64,000 nucleotides of DNA from Burkholderiales bacterium. Its GTDB lineage: Bacteria; Pseudomonadota; Gammaproteobacteria; Burkholderiales; SG8-41. The DNA lies in NCBI GenBank assembly GCA_030833315.1, contig JAURHM010000007.1, positions 3,760 to 67,759 of the forward strand. Reading direction: 5' to 3'. A program made the position numbers and the translations under genes. The notes below the pieces were generated by a model. It had not been told where the DNA came from. It searched no databases and saw only the letters and a list, made by a program, of their open reading frames with translations. Of this stretch, positions 55,796 through 64,000 are shown in pieces. How positions within the stretch are numbered: position 1 is the stretch's first letter; every line of letters starts with the position of its first letter.

Positions 55796-56248
55796 AAACG
55801 CACGCTGCAACTGGCCTCGGAAGAAGAGACGCTGGCGCTCGGCCGCTCGATCGCGCCGCTGCTCGAGCCCGGCATGACAGTGCACCTGCGCGGCGACCTC
55901 GGCGCCGGCAAAACCACGCTGGTCCGGGGCGTCCTGCGTGGCCTGGGATACGAAGGCCGGGTCAAAAGTCCGACCTTCACCTTGCTTGAACCTTACAATT
56001 TTTCTAGGTTATACTTGTATCACTTTGATTTTTATCGATTCCTTGATCCACAGGAACTGGAGCAAACGGGTTTCCGGGAATACTTCAACCCGCAGTCCGT
56101 ATGCCTGATCGAGTGGCCGGAAAAAGCACCCGACCTGCCACCTGCGGATCTGGACATTGAACTTCATGCCATTGATCAAGGGCGATCAATGGCGATCACG
56201 GCGCACACGGAGGCTGGCAGGCGTTGTCTCGACAAGCTGAAAAACTGA
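55778..56248 (+). CDS. tsaE: tRNA t6A37 biosynthesis ATPase TsaE
   Basis: GDLGAGKTT P-loop, SPTFTL, and LYHFDFYR. The only in-frame start I can find near the domain N-terminus is TTG 55778. Confidence 0.7.
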   Translation: MHSPHHKRTLQLASEEETLALGRSIAPLLEPGMTVHLRGDLGAGKTTLVRGVLRGLGYEGRVKSPTFTLLEPYNFSRLYLYHFDFYRFLDPQELEQTGFREYFNPQSVCLIEWPEKAPDLPPADLDIELHAIDQGRSMAITAHTEAGRRCLDKLKN

Positions 56249-57639
56249 GACCCGTCCCCCCCATTGCGGCAAACCCGCCGCCGGCCCGTCGCTTTTTCCC
56301 CGCAATGCTGCAATCGCTGCTCGGCGTTATCGTGCTGCTGCTGACCGGCCTTTCGGTCTGGGCTGCGGATACGGTGGTCAGTTCAACCCGCGTCTGGCCC
56401 GCACCGGATTACACCCGCGTCACCATCGAGTCCCAGCAGCCGATCCGCCACAAGCTGTTCAACCTCGAAAACCCTGACCGGCTGGTGCTGGATCTGGAGG
56501 ATGTCGCGCTCAACACGGCGCTCACCGACATCGCCGGCAAGATCGGCGCCGAAGACCCCTATATCAAGGGCGTGCGCGCCGGCCGCTTCAAGCCGGGCAC
56601 CATCCGCCTGGTGTTCGACCTCAAGGCCAAGGTCAAACCCGAAGCCTTTGCGCTGGCGCCGATCGCCGGCTACGGTCACCGGCTGGTCCTCGACATCTAC
56701 CCGCTGACGCCCCCCGATCCGCTATTGGCCTTCCTCAAACGCCACGAGTCCGGGCAGCCGGAAACCCCGGCTGGCGCGACTGCCGTGGCCCCGGCACCGG
56801 GCCCGGCATTGACCCCGACGCCGGAACTTTCAGCGCCTGAGGTCACCCCCCCGCAAGTCGCCGCCAAAAGCGAAACACCCGCCGGCAAACCTGCAGCTCG
56901 CCCCGCGCGCACGGCTTCGGAACGGCTGATCACCATCGCCATTGACGCCGGTCACGGCGGCGAGGATCCGGGCGCACGCGGACGCGCCGGCACGCTGGAA
57001 AAAAACATCACCCTGTCGATCGCACAAAAGCTGAAAGAACGCATCGAAACCGAACCGAATATGCGCGCCGTGTTGACCCGCGACGGCGACTTTTTCATTC
57101 CGCTGCACATGCGCGTGGATAAAGCGCGCCGCGTGCGTGCCGACCTGTTTGTCTCGATACACGCCGACGCCTTCGTCAAACCCTCAGCCAACGGCTCGTC
57201 GGTATTTGCGCTGTCGGAACGCGGCGCCACCTCGGTCGCGGCACGTTGGCTGGCGAAACAGGAAAACGACGCCGACCTGATCGGCGGCGTCAACCTCGGC
57301 ATCAAGGATCCTTACCTGAAACAAACCCTGCTCGACCTCTCGCAGACTGCGTCGATCAATGACAGCCTGAAACTGGGCAAGGCCGTGCTGCAGGAAATGG
57401 GCGGCATCAACCGCCTGCACAAAAACTATGTCGAGCAGGCCGGTTTCGCGGTATTGAAGGCGCCGGATATCCCGTCGATCCTGATCGAGACCGCATTCAT
57501 CAGCAATCCCGACGAGGAACGCAAACTGCGCGACCCCTCCTACCAGAACAAAATGGCCGATGCGATTTTCACCGGGATCAAACGTTATTTCTCGAAAAAC
57601 CCGCCGCTCGCCCCTGCCCAGGTCGCCAACAACCCCTGA
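56224..57639 (+). CDS. amiC: N-acetylmuramoyl-L-alanine amidase (AMIN domain + Amidase_3)
   Basis: RRFF twin-arginine-like N-terminus, AMIN-type RVWPAPDYTRVTIE, and catalytic IDAGHGGEDPGA ... SIHADA. Confidence 0.75.
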   Translation: MSRQAEKLRPVPPIAANPPPARRFFPAMLQSLLGVIVLLLTGLSVWAADTVVSSTRVWPAPDYTRVTIESQQPIRHKLFNLENPDRLVLDLEDVALNTALTDIAGKIGAEDPYIKGVRAGRFKPGTIRLVFDLKAKVKPEAFALAPIAGYGHRLVLDIYPLTPPDPLLAFLKRHESGQPETPAGATAVAPAPGPALTPTPELSAPEVTPPQVAAKSETPAGKPAARPARTASERLITIAIDAGHGGEDPGARGRAGTLEKNITLSIAQKLKERIETEPNMRAVLTRDGDFFIPLHMRVDKARRVRADLFVSIHADAFVKPSANGSSVFALSERGATSVAARWLAKQENDADLIGGVNLGIKDPYLKQTLLDLSQTASINDSLKLGKAVLQEMGGINRLHKNYVEQAGFAVLKAPDIPSILIETAFISNPDEERKLRDPSYQNKMADAIFTGIKRYFSKNPPLAPAQVANNP

Positions 57640-57725
57640 TGCCGCGGCAACAGGTTTAATTTAAGATACGGCATCAAGGGCACCAGACCCAGATGCGCAT
57701 CGATGCGCACAACCGGAGGAGGAAG

Positions 57726-58505
57726 ATGAACAGGATACGAAACGCAGCAATTGCGGCTGCGTTGTTGCTCAGCGCCGGTTGCGCATCGGTGCAGGAAACG
57801 CCGGAAACCGTGGCGCTGCCGAAGGTACGCAGTTTCTCCGGCCATCCGGAAGGCGAAACCCTGCCGCCGGGCTGGCAACCCTGGGTTCTGTCTCGTTTCA
57901 AGCGCTCCACCGCCTATAAGCTGGTCAACGAACAGGGGCGCACCGTGGTGCGCGCCCGCGCGGAGTCATCCGCCTCGGGACTGATCCACCCGCTCAAGCT
58001 CGACCCGAAAAGTTATCCGGTCCTGCACTGGCACTGGAAAGTCGATGAACTGATCCAGAAAGCCGACAACACGCAAAAACACCTCGAGGATTCACCGGTG
58101 CGGCTGGTCGTCAGCTTCGGCGGAGACATCGATAAACTGGATATCCGCGACCGCATGTTCTTCGACAACGTGCGCCTGCTCACCGGTCAGCAGATGCCCT
58201 ATGCCACGCTGATGTACATCTGGGAAAACCGTGCACCCCGGGAAACCGTGATCGACAACCGCCACACTTCGCGCATCAAGATGATCGTCGCCGAATCGGG
58301 GCGCGACCGTCTGGGCCGCTGGCAGGAGGTCACCCGCAACATCGTCGAGGATTACAAACGCGCGTTCGGCGAATATCCAGGACCGATCACCGCGATCGGC
58401 ATCATGACCGACACCGACAACACCGGTGACAATGCCCACGCCTGGTACGGCGACATCGCCTTTCACAGACAAACGATATCCCCGCCGCAGCTCGCCGAAA
58501 AATAA
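57726..58505 (+). CDS. DUF3047-family lipoprotein
   Basis: Lipobox LLSAGC, GGAGGAGGAAG RBS, and the YPVLHWHWKV / VRLVVSFGGD blocks I associate with DUF3047. Confidence 0.55.
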   Translation: MNRIRNAAIAAALLLSAGCASVQETPETVALPKVRSFSGHPEGETLPPGWQPWVLSRFKRSTAYKLVNEQGRTVVRARAESSASGLIHPLKLDPKSYPVLHWHWKVDELIQKADNTQKHLEDSPVRLVVSFGGDIDKLDIRDRMFFDNVRLLTGQQMPYATLMYIWENRAPRETVIDNRHTSRIKMIVAESGRDRLGRWQEVTRNIVEDYKRAFGEYPGPITAIGIMTDTDNTGDNAHAWYGDIAFHRQTISPPQLAEK

Positions 58506-58516
58506 GTCCGCAGCGG

Positions 58517-59674
58517 TCAGGCCGCCAGTTCCTGCCTGATGGCAGCCACAGCGCGCTCCAGATCTTCCTCGTTATTCGCAAAACCCATCGAGATACGCAG
58601 CGCACCGTCTTTGACGTTGACGATGACGCGGTGCTTTTCGCGCAGGCGATCCATCATGGCGCCCGCATCAGGCACTGGAACGCTGACGATCTGCGCGCGC
58701 TCTGCCCAGGGCTCCGGGGTCAGCGTGGTTAATCCGGCAGAGCGGATCATCGCCATGCATTGCGTCGTCAAATCCCGGACGCGCGCCTCGATCGCCGGCA
58801 GGCCGATTCCGGCAATGAACTGCGCACTGCGCCGCAGGACATGCAGGCCGAGGAAGTTTGGGTTGCCACCCTCGAAGCGGTGCGCCGTGCGCACATAGTC
58901 GAACTGGCTTCTCAGGTGGGCGCTGGCCTTCGCCGATCCGGGCGCCACCGGCGCTTTAAGGAACGGCGTCTTCAGTTCATCGATCAGTTCCTCACGGCAA
59001 TACAGCAGGCCCGTGCCGGTGAGGCCGAACAGGTTCTTGTGCCCGCCGATGGCCACCAGATCGGCGCCCAGGCCCGCCAGCGGCGCAGCCAGTATGCCGG
59101 CCGCCTGCACACCATCAACCACCAGCCGTGCACCATGCTCGCGACATGCCGCACCGAGAGCCGGTATATCAACACGATAGCCGTTGCCATAAGTGATGTA
59201 GGCGGTGGAAACCACTCGCGTACGTTTATCCATCTGCTCGAGAAAAGCCGCCACCGGCAGACATCCATCGCGGTTTTTTGCGAAACGGATCTCGACCCCC
59301 TTCGCAGCCCAGTGCTGCCACACCCAGACGTTGGCGACATGCTCCATGTCGGTGAGCACGACGTTGTCTCCGGGACGCAGATCGAAGGCATGTGCCGCGA
59401 TATTGAGCCCCTCGGTGGTATTTTTGGTGAAAGCGATTTCGGCCGGCTTCGCACCGAGCAATGCCGCCATCGCGGCACGGGTTTCGGCGACGCTCACCGC
59501 CGACCAGGCATCGGCACCCGCCGTCTCGGCGATGTCATTCCAGTAATCCCGCATTGCCGCTTCCTGACAGCGCGGCGGCACCGTCTTGCGTGCCGTATCC
59601 AGATAGGTCCAGTTGGCCAGCGCAGGAAATTCCCCGCGCAGTTTCGCCCAGTTCACTTCGGTTGCCGCAGCCAT
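58517..59674 (-). CDS. class V aminotransferase / cysteine desulfurase-like PLP enzyme
   Basis: Fold-type I pattern with GGHKNLFG (PLP Lys). Start refined to ATG 59674. Confidence 0.7.
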   Translation of the reverse strand: MAAATEVNWAKLRGEFPALANWTYLDTARKTVPPRCQEAAMRDYWNDIAETAGADAWSAVSVAETRAAMAALLGAKPAEIAFTKNTTEGLNIAAHAFDLRPGDNVVLTDMEHVANVWVWQHWAAKGVEIRFAKNRDGCLPVAAFLEQMDKRTRVVSTAYITYGNGYRVDIPALGAACREHGARLVVDGVQAAGILAAPLAGLGADLVAIGGHKNLFGLTGTGLLYCREELIDELKTPFLKAPVAPGSAKASAHLRSQFDYVRTAHRFEGGNPNFLGLHVLRRSAQFIAGIGLPAIEARVRDLTTQCMAMIRSAGLTTLTPEPWAERAQIVSVPVPDAGAMMDRLREKHRVIVNVKDGALRISMGFANNEEDLERAVAAIRQELAA

Positions 59675-59806
59675 CGATGTCCTTTCCAGTCCGGTCGCTT
59701 CCGCAGGCCGGTGCTTGCTGATACTCTGCATTCAATGTCCGTTGTGATAGGCCACCACCTTGCGTGACATCACACGCAGCAGTTTACCGTTAAAGGAGCA
59801 TCCGCC

Positions 59807-60775
59807 ATGCGTCGCCTGATGTCCCTGTTTGCCGCAACGCTCGCCGCAATGCCGCTGACGCTGCAAGCCGCCGACAATGTTTATCCTTCGCGCCCGGTGC
59901 GCATGATCGTGCCCTATCCGCCGGGTGGCGGCTCCGACATCACCGGTCGCGCCATCGGCGCCAAACTGGGTGAATACCTGGGCCAGACTTTTGTCATCGA
60001 CAACCGTCCCGGCGCCACCGGACTGATCGGCACTCTGCTCGCAGCCCGCGCCCCTGCCGACGGCTACACCATCCTCCTGGCCGATGCTCCCCACACCATC
60101 AATTCACTGGTCTATTCAAAACAGCAATACGATGCGATCAAGGATTTCACACCGCTGAATCTTGTCGCAACCTCGCCGCAGGCCCTGCTCGCCCACCCCA
60201 AGTTCAGCGCCAACACCTTCAAGGAATTGCTGGCGATACCGCGTGCGCAAACAGAAAAACTGGCGATGGGGTCGAGCGGCCTGGCCAGCGGCCCGCACCT
60301 GGTCTACGAATGGCTGCGCCTGAAAACCGGATTGAATCTGAACCACGTGCCGTACAAAGGCGGCGGTCCTTCGCTCGCCGATGCCGCTGCCGGCCAGATT
60401 CCGCTGGTGATGAATGCGGTCCCGGCAGCACTGCCGCATGTACGCGCCGGCCGGTTGAAAGTATTGGCCATCACCAGCGCACAGCGCCACCCGCTGTTAC
60501 CCGGTTCGCCGACCTTCGTCGAATCCGGCGTCAAGGACTTTCTGTCCTTCCAGTGGTACGGCATGCTCGGCCCTGCCGGCCTGCCGAAGAACGTCACTGC
60601 CGCGCTGAACAGTTCGATCAACAAGGCCCTCGGATCCACTGACGTCAAGGAACGCTTTACCTCGATGACCTTCGACATCACCACCGGCAGCCCCGAGGAT
60701 TTCAGCAAGCTGCTGGTATCCGAAGACCTCCGGTGGAAAGATGTGCTGCGGCAGGTGAAAGTACAGCTCGACTGA
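59807..60775 (+). CDS. Bug/TctC-family periplasmic solute receptor
   Basis: Signal peptide, VYPSRPVRMIVPYPPGGG, IDNRPGATG, HVPYKGGGPS. Confidence 0.85.
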   Translation: MRRLMSLFAATLAAMPLTLQAADNVYPSRPVRMIVPYPPGGGSDITGRAIGAKLGEYLGQTFVIDNRPGATGLIGTLLAARAPADGYTILLADAPHTINSLVYSKQQYDAIKDFTPLNLVATSPQALLAHPKFSANTFKELLAIPRAQTEKLAMGSSGLASGPHLVYEWLRLKTGLNLNHVPYKGGGPSLADAAAGQIPLVMNAVPAALPHVRAGRLKVLAITSAQRHPLLPGSPTFVESGVKDFLSFQWYGMLGPAGLPKNVTAALNSSINKALGSTDVKERFTSMTFDITTGSPEDFSKLLVSEDLRWKDVLRQVKVQLD

Positions 60776-60788
60776 CTGCAGGCACGAT

Positions 60789-60817
60789 AAAAAAGGGCCG
60801 CAGCTGCGGCCCTTTTT
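60789..60817. terminator. bidirectional rho-independent terminator
   Basis: A6-GGGCCGC-AGCT-GCGGCCC-T5, between convergent genes. Confidence 0.8.
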
Positions 60818-60838
60818 ATTGGCAACTCCGACTGATCG

Positions 60839-62260
60839 TCAGGTTTTCAGCACCACCAGCACTTCATCCAGCATCTTCTTGGCGTCGCCGAAGAGCATGC
60901 GGTTATTTTCTTTATAAAACAATGGGTTATCAACCCCCGCGTAACCGGAAGCCATGCTGCGCTTCATCACGATCGAGTTCTTCGCCTTCCATACCTCCAG
61001 CACCGGCATGCCGGCAATCGGGCTGGCCGGATCATCCTGAGCCGCCGGATTGACGATGTCGTTGGCACCGATAACCATGGCGACATCGGTATCAGGGAAG
61101 TCTTCATTGAGTTCATCCATCTCGAGCACGATGTCGTAAGGCACCTTGGCTTCCGCCAGCAGCACGTTCATATGACCCGGCATGCGCCCCGCCACCGGGT
61201 GAATGCCGAAACGCACGTTGACGCCCTTCTCGCGCAGCAATTTGGTGATTTCGTACACCGTGTGCTGAGCCTGCGCCACCGCCATGCCGTAGCCGGGAAC
61301 AATGATCACATTTTTCGAGTCGCGCAGCAGTTCCGCGGTTTCGGCAGCATTCACCGATACCACCTCGCCTGCCGGTTGTGCGCCCTCGCCACTGGGTTTG
61401 GCCGGTGCACCGCTGCCGGTGCCGAAACCGCCGGCAATGACACTGACGAAATGGCGGTTCATCGCCTTGCACATGATGTACGACAGGATCGCGCCGCTGG
61501 AGCCGACCAGCGCGCCGGTTACGATCAGCAGGTCGTTCGACAGCATGAAACCTGTCGCCGCCGCCGCCCAGCCCGAGTAGCTGTTGAGCATCGACACCAC
61601 CACCGGCATGTCGGCGCCGCCGATGGCCATCACCATGTGAATGCCGAACAGCAGCGAAATCACCGTCATGATGATCAGCGGCATCATGCCGGCGCTGATC
61701 GTTTCCGCATGAATGAACTCGCGGCCGAAATAAATGATCACCAGCAGACCGGCCAGGTTCATCCAGTGGCGTCCGGGAAGCAGCAGCGGACTGCCGCCGA
61801 TTTTTCCCGAGAGTTTGCCGAAGGCGATGATCGACCCGGAGAAGGTCACCGCACCGATCAGGATGCCGACATAGATTTCGACCTCATGAATGACTTTTTC
61901 AGCGCCGCTGAGGTGGCTTGAGGCCGCCGGATCAATGTAATTGGCGAAACCGACCAGCGCCGCGGCAAGACCGACCAAGCTGTGCATCAGCGCAACCAGT
62001 TCGGGCATCTGCGTCATTTTCACGGTACGCGCCGCATAAAGACCGATCGAGGCGCCGACCACCATGGCGCCGATGATCCAGGCATAACCGCCGGCAGTGA
62101 CCTGCGGGCCGAACACCGTCGCCAGAACGGCAACGGTCATGCCGATCATGCCGTAGAGATTGCCGCGCCGCGAAGATTCCGGATGCGACAGCCCGCCGAG
62201 GCTGAGAATGAACAGAATGGTCGCTCCGATGTAGGAGACAGTAGCGAGACCTGAGGACAT
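60839..62260 (-). CDS. pntB: NAD(P) transhydrogenase subunit beta
   Basis: N-terminal multi-TM domain plus the C-terminal NADP(H) domain ([27 protein letters not shown]). Confidence 0.9.
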   Translation of the reverse strand: MSSGLATVSYIGATILFILSLGGLSHPESSRRGNLYGMIGMTVAVLATVFGPQVTAGGYAWIIGAMVVGASIGLYAARTVKMTQMPELVALMHSLVGLAAALVGFANYIDPAASSHLSGAEKVIHEVEIYVGILIGAVTFSGSIIAFGKLSGKIGGSPLLLPGRHWMNLAGLLVIIYFGREFIHAETISAGMMPLIIMTVISLLFGIHMVMAIGGADMPVVVSMLNSYSGWAAAATGFMLSNDLLIVTGALVGSSGAILSYIMCKAMNRHFVSVIAGGFGTGSGAPAKPSGEGAQPAGEVVSVNAAETAELLRDSKNVIIVPGYGMAVAQAQHTVYEITKLLREKGVNVRFGIHPVAGRMPGHMNVLLAEAKVPYDIVLEMDELNEDFPDTDVAMVIGANDIVNPAAQDDPASPIAGMPVLEVWKAKNSIVMKRSMASGYAGVDNPLFYKENNRMLFGDAKKMLDEVLVVLKT

Positions 62261-62271
62261 GGATATCTCTC

Positions 62272-63858
62272 CTATTTGCGGAACATTTCAAGCATGCGGC
62301 GGGTCACTGCGAATCCGCCGAACATGTTGATGGTCGTCAAAACGATGCTGAACACGGCAAGGCCGAGTATCCAGCCGCCTGGACGGCCCGCCACGCTCTC
62401 CAGCGGCGGCGCCACCTGCACCAGCGCGCCGATGGCGATAATGCTGCTGATCGCGTTGGTCACGCTCATCAGCGGCGTATGCAGGGCCGGTGTCACGTTC
62501 CAGACCACCATGTAACCGACAAAACAGGCCAGCACGAAAACCGTAAAGTGGCCAAGGAAGGCCGGGGGCGCATAAGCCCCGACAAACCAGAACAGGATCG
62601 CGGCAATCAGGAAAGTGATCGCAGTCGCCTTGCCCGAAGCCGGCGCACCACCGCCGCCATGGCCATGCGACTTCGGCGGGGCCACCGCCGGCTTGGCGGC
62701 TGCCGCCGGCGGCGCAGCAGCCGGCTTCAGTGCAGGCGGCGGCCAGGTGATGCCGCCCTCCTTGACCACCGTCAAACCGCGGATCGCATCATCTTCCATA
62801 TTGACGTTGATGACACCGTCCTTGGTCTTGCACAGTTCTTCGGTCAGACGGAACAGGTTGGTCGCGTACAACGTTGACGACTGCTTGGCGAGCCGTGAAT
62901 TCAGATCGGTGTAGCCGACGATAGTAACGCCGTGCTTCACCACTGTTTTGCCGGCCTCCGTCAGTTCGCAGTTGCCGCCGCGTTCGGCTGCCATGTCGAC
63001 AATGACGCTGCCCGGCTTCATGCTCTGCACCATCTCGGCGGTGATCAGCCGGGGCGCGGGTTTGCCGGGTATCAGCGCGGTGGTAATGATAATGTCCACT
63101 TCCTTCGCCTGTTTGGCGTACATCTCACGCTGGGCTTTCTGGAAACCCTCGCTCATCACCTTGGCATAACCGCCGCCGCCGGAACCTTCTTCCTCGTAAT
63201 CGACTTTGACGAACTCACCGCCCAGGGACACCACCTGATCAGCGACTTCGGCACGCGTGTCGTTGGCGCGCACGATAGCGCCAAGACCGGCTGCGGTGCC
63301 GATGGCAGCGAGGCCGGCAACACCGGCGCCGGCGATGAACACCTTGGCCGGCGGCACTTTCCCTGCAGCAGTAATCTGACCGTTGAAAAAACGGCCGAAA
63401 GCGTTGGCGGCCTCAATCACCGCACGATAACCGGCCACGCCGGCCTGCGAGGTCAGCGCATCCATTTTCTGCGCACGGGACAGCGTACGCGGCAGCGAAT
63501 CGATGGCCAGCACGGTGGCCTTCTTGGCCGCCAGCTGCTGCATCAGCTCCGGATTCTGTGCCGGCCAGATGAAGCCGATCAGCGTACCGCCTTCGCGCAG
63601 CAGGCCAACTTCCTCTGCCGTCGGTACGCCGACCTTGAACAAGATGTCGGAACCGGACCACAGCTGGGCGGCAGTCGCCGCGATTTCCGCACCTGCAGCA
63701 CGATAAGTGTCGTCACTGCAGTTCGCCGCATCACCGGCGCCAGACTGCACCATGACCTTGAAGCCGAGCTTGATCAGTTTTTCAACGACTTCGGGCACGG
63801 TCGCGACACGTTTTTCGCCGACCGCCGTTTCTTTCGGCACACCAATGATCTGAGGCAT
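62272..63858 (-). CDS. pntA: NAD(P) transhydrogenase subunit alpha
   Basis: AlaDH/PNT N-domain, [14 protein letters not shown] motif, and C-terminal TM helices. Confidence 0.9.
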   Translation of the reverse strand: MPQIIGVPKETAVGEKRVATVPEVVEKLIKLGFKVMVQSGAGDAANCSDDTYRAAGAEIAATAAQLWSGSDILFKVGVPTAEEVGLLREGGTLIGFIWPAQNPELMQQLAAKKATVLAIDSLPRTLSRAQKMDALTSQAGVAGYRAVIEAANAFGRFFNGQITAAGKVPPAKVFIAGAGVAGLAAIGTAAGLGAIVRANDTRAEVADQVVSLGGEFVKVDYEEEGSGGGGYAKVMSEGFQKAQREMYAKQAKEVDIIITTALIPGKPAPRLITAEMVQSMKPGSVIVDMAAERGGNCELTEAGKTVVKHGVTIVGYTDLNSRLAKQSSTLYATNLFRLTEELCKTKDGVINVNMEDDAIRGLTVVKEGGITWPPPALKPAAAPPAAAAKPAVAPPKSHGHGGGGAPASGKATAITFLIAAILFWFVGAYAPPAFLGHFTVFVLACFVGYMVVWNVTPALHTPLMSVTNAISSIIAIGALVQVAPPLESVAGRPGGWILGLAVFSIVLTTINMFGGFAVTRRMLEMFRK

Positions 63859-64000
63859 GGATTCCCCTTTGTTTATTTCTTCGTTGGCACTGGAACAGGA
63901 TATTGAAAGATTCTGGATGCTGAATATTGAGATAGATCAGTTCAGGCTGATGCACGCCACGGGCGCGGCGCCGCCCCGATGAATACTGCGTTTTATCTTG

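Noticed and set aside
1-64000. Search by eye for CRISPR arrays, IS/transposase or integrase genes, tRNA/rRNA (including tRNA-Sec), toxin-antitoxin pairs and classic defence genes.
   Set aside because: I saw no regularly spaced repeats and no DDE or tyrosine-recombinase-like ORFs. No T-loop-like GGTTCGA(A/C)TCC strings were found in the larger intergenic regions (8618-8796, 22248-22430, 38294-38811, 41754-41969, 45879-46096). A tRNAscan/Infernal run would be needed to be definitive.

Overview
GC-rich, densely coding chromosomal segment with about 60 intact genes. I see no rRNA, tRNA, CRISPR, IS element or integrase. It looks betaproteobacterial (Burkholderiales-like); that is an inference from 11 Bug/TctC-family periplasmic receptor paralogues. 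Layout: (1) glcE (5' partial) and glcF. (2) An amino-DNA-methyltransferase translationally coupled to a secreted SNase-type nuclease, preceded by GTAC-rich tandem repeats. (3) About 34 kb (4.3-38.3 kb) of catabolic blocks: PrpD/PhyH, MaoC/SDR/enolase/aldolase, OCD/CMD/CocE hydrolases, and a long CoA-thioester block. Orphan Bug receptors are interspersed, and I recognise no TctAB permease or transcription factor anywhere in the window. (4) A 9-kb stretch (38.3-47.5 kb) where five or six genes look frameshifted or truncated. (5) Housekeeping genes: bdhA, rbgA, msrB, queG, tsaE, an amidase and pntAB. The most interesting result is that the ORF track splits two minus-strand genes at single in-frame TGA codons that sit exactly at redox-active positions. 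One is a UGSC (UxxC) motif protein at 44256..44792, in a two-gene operon with a 345-aa protein I cannot assign to any family. The other is a cysteine-free peroxiredoxin at 48399..48860 whose peroxidatic residue is the TGA. Each TGA is followed by a hairpin of bacterial SECIS-like geometry, so both are probably selenoproteins, and the UGSC operon is my best candidate for an uncharacterised system. Every family assignment comes from motif recognition by eye. No searches, folding programs or statistics were run, and start codons were refined manually from RBS context.
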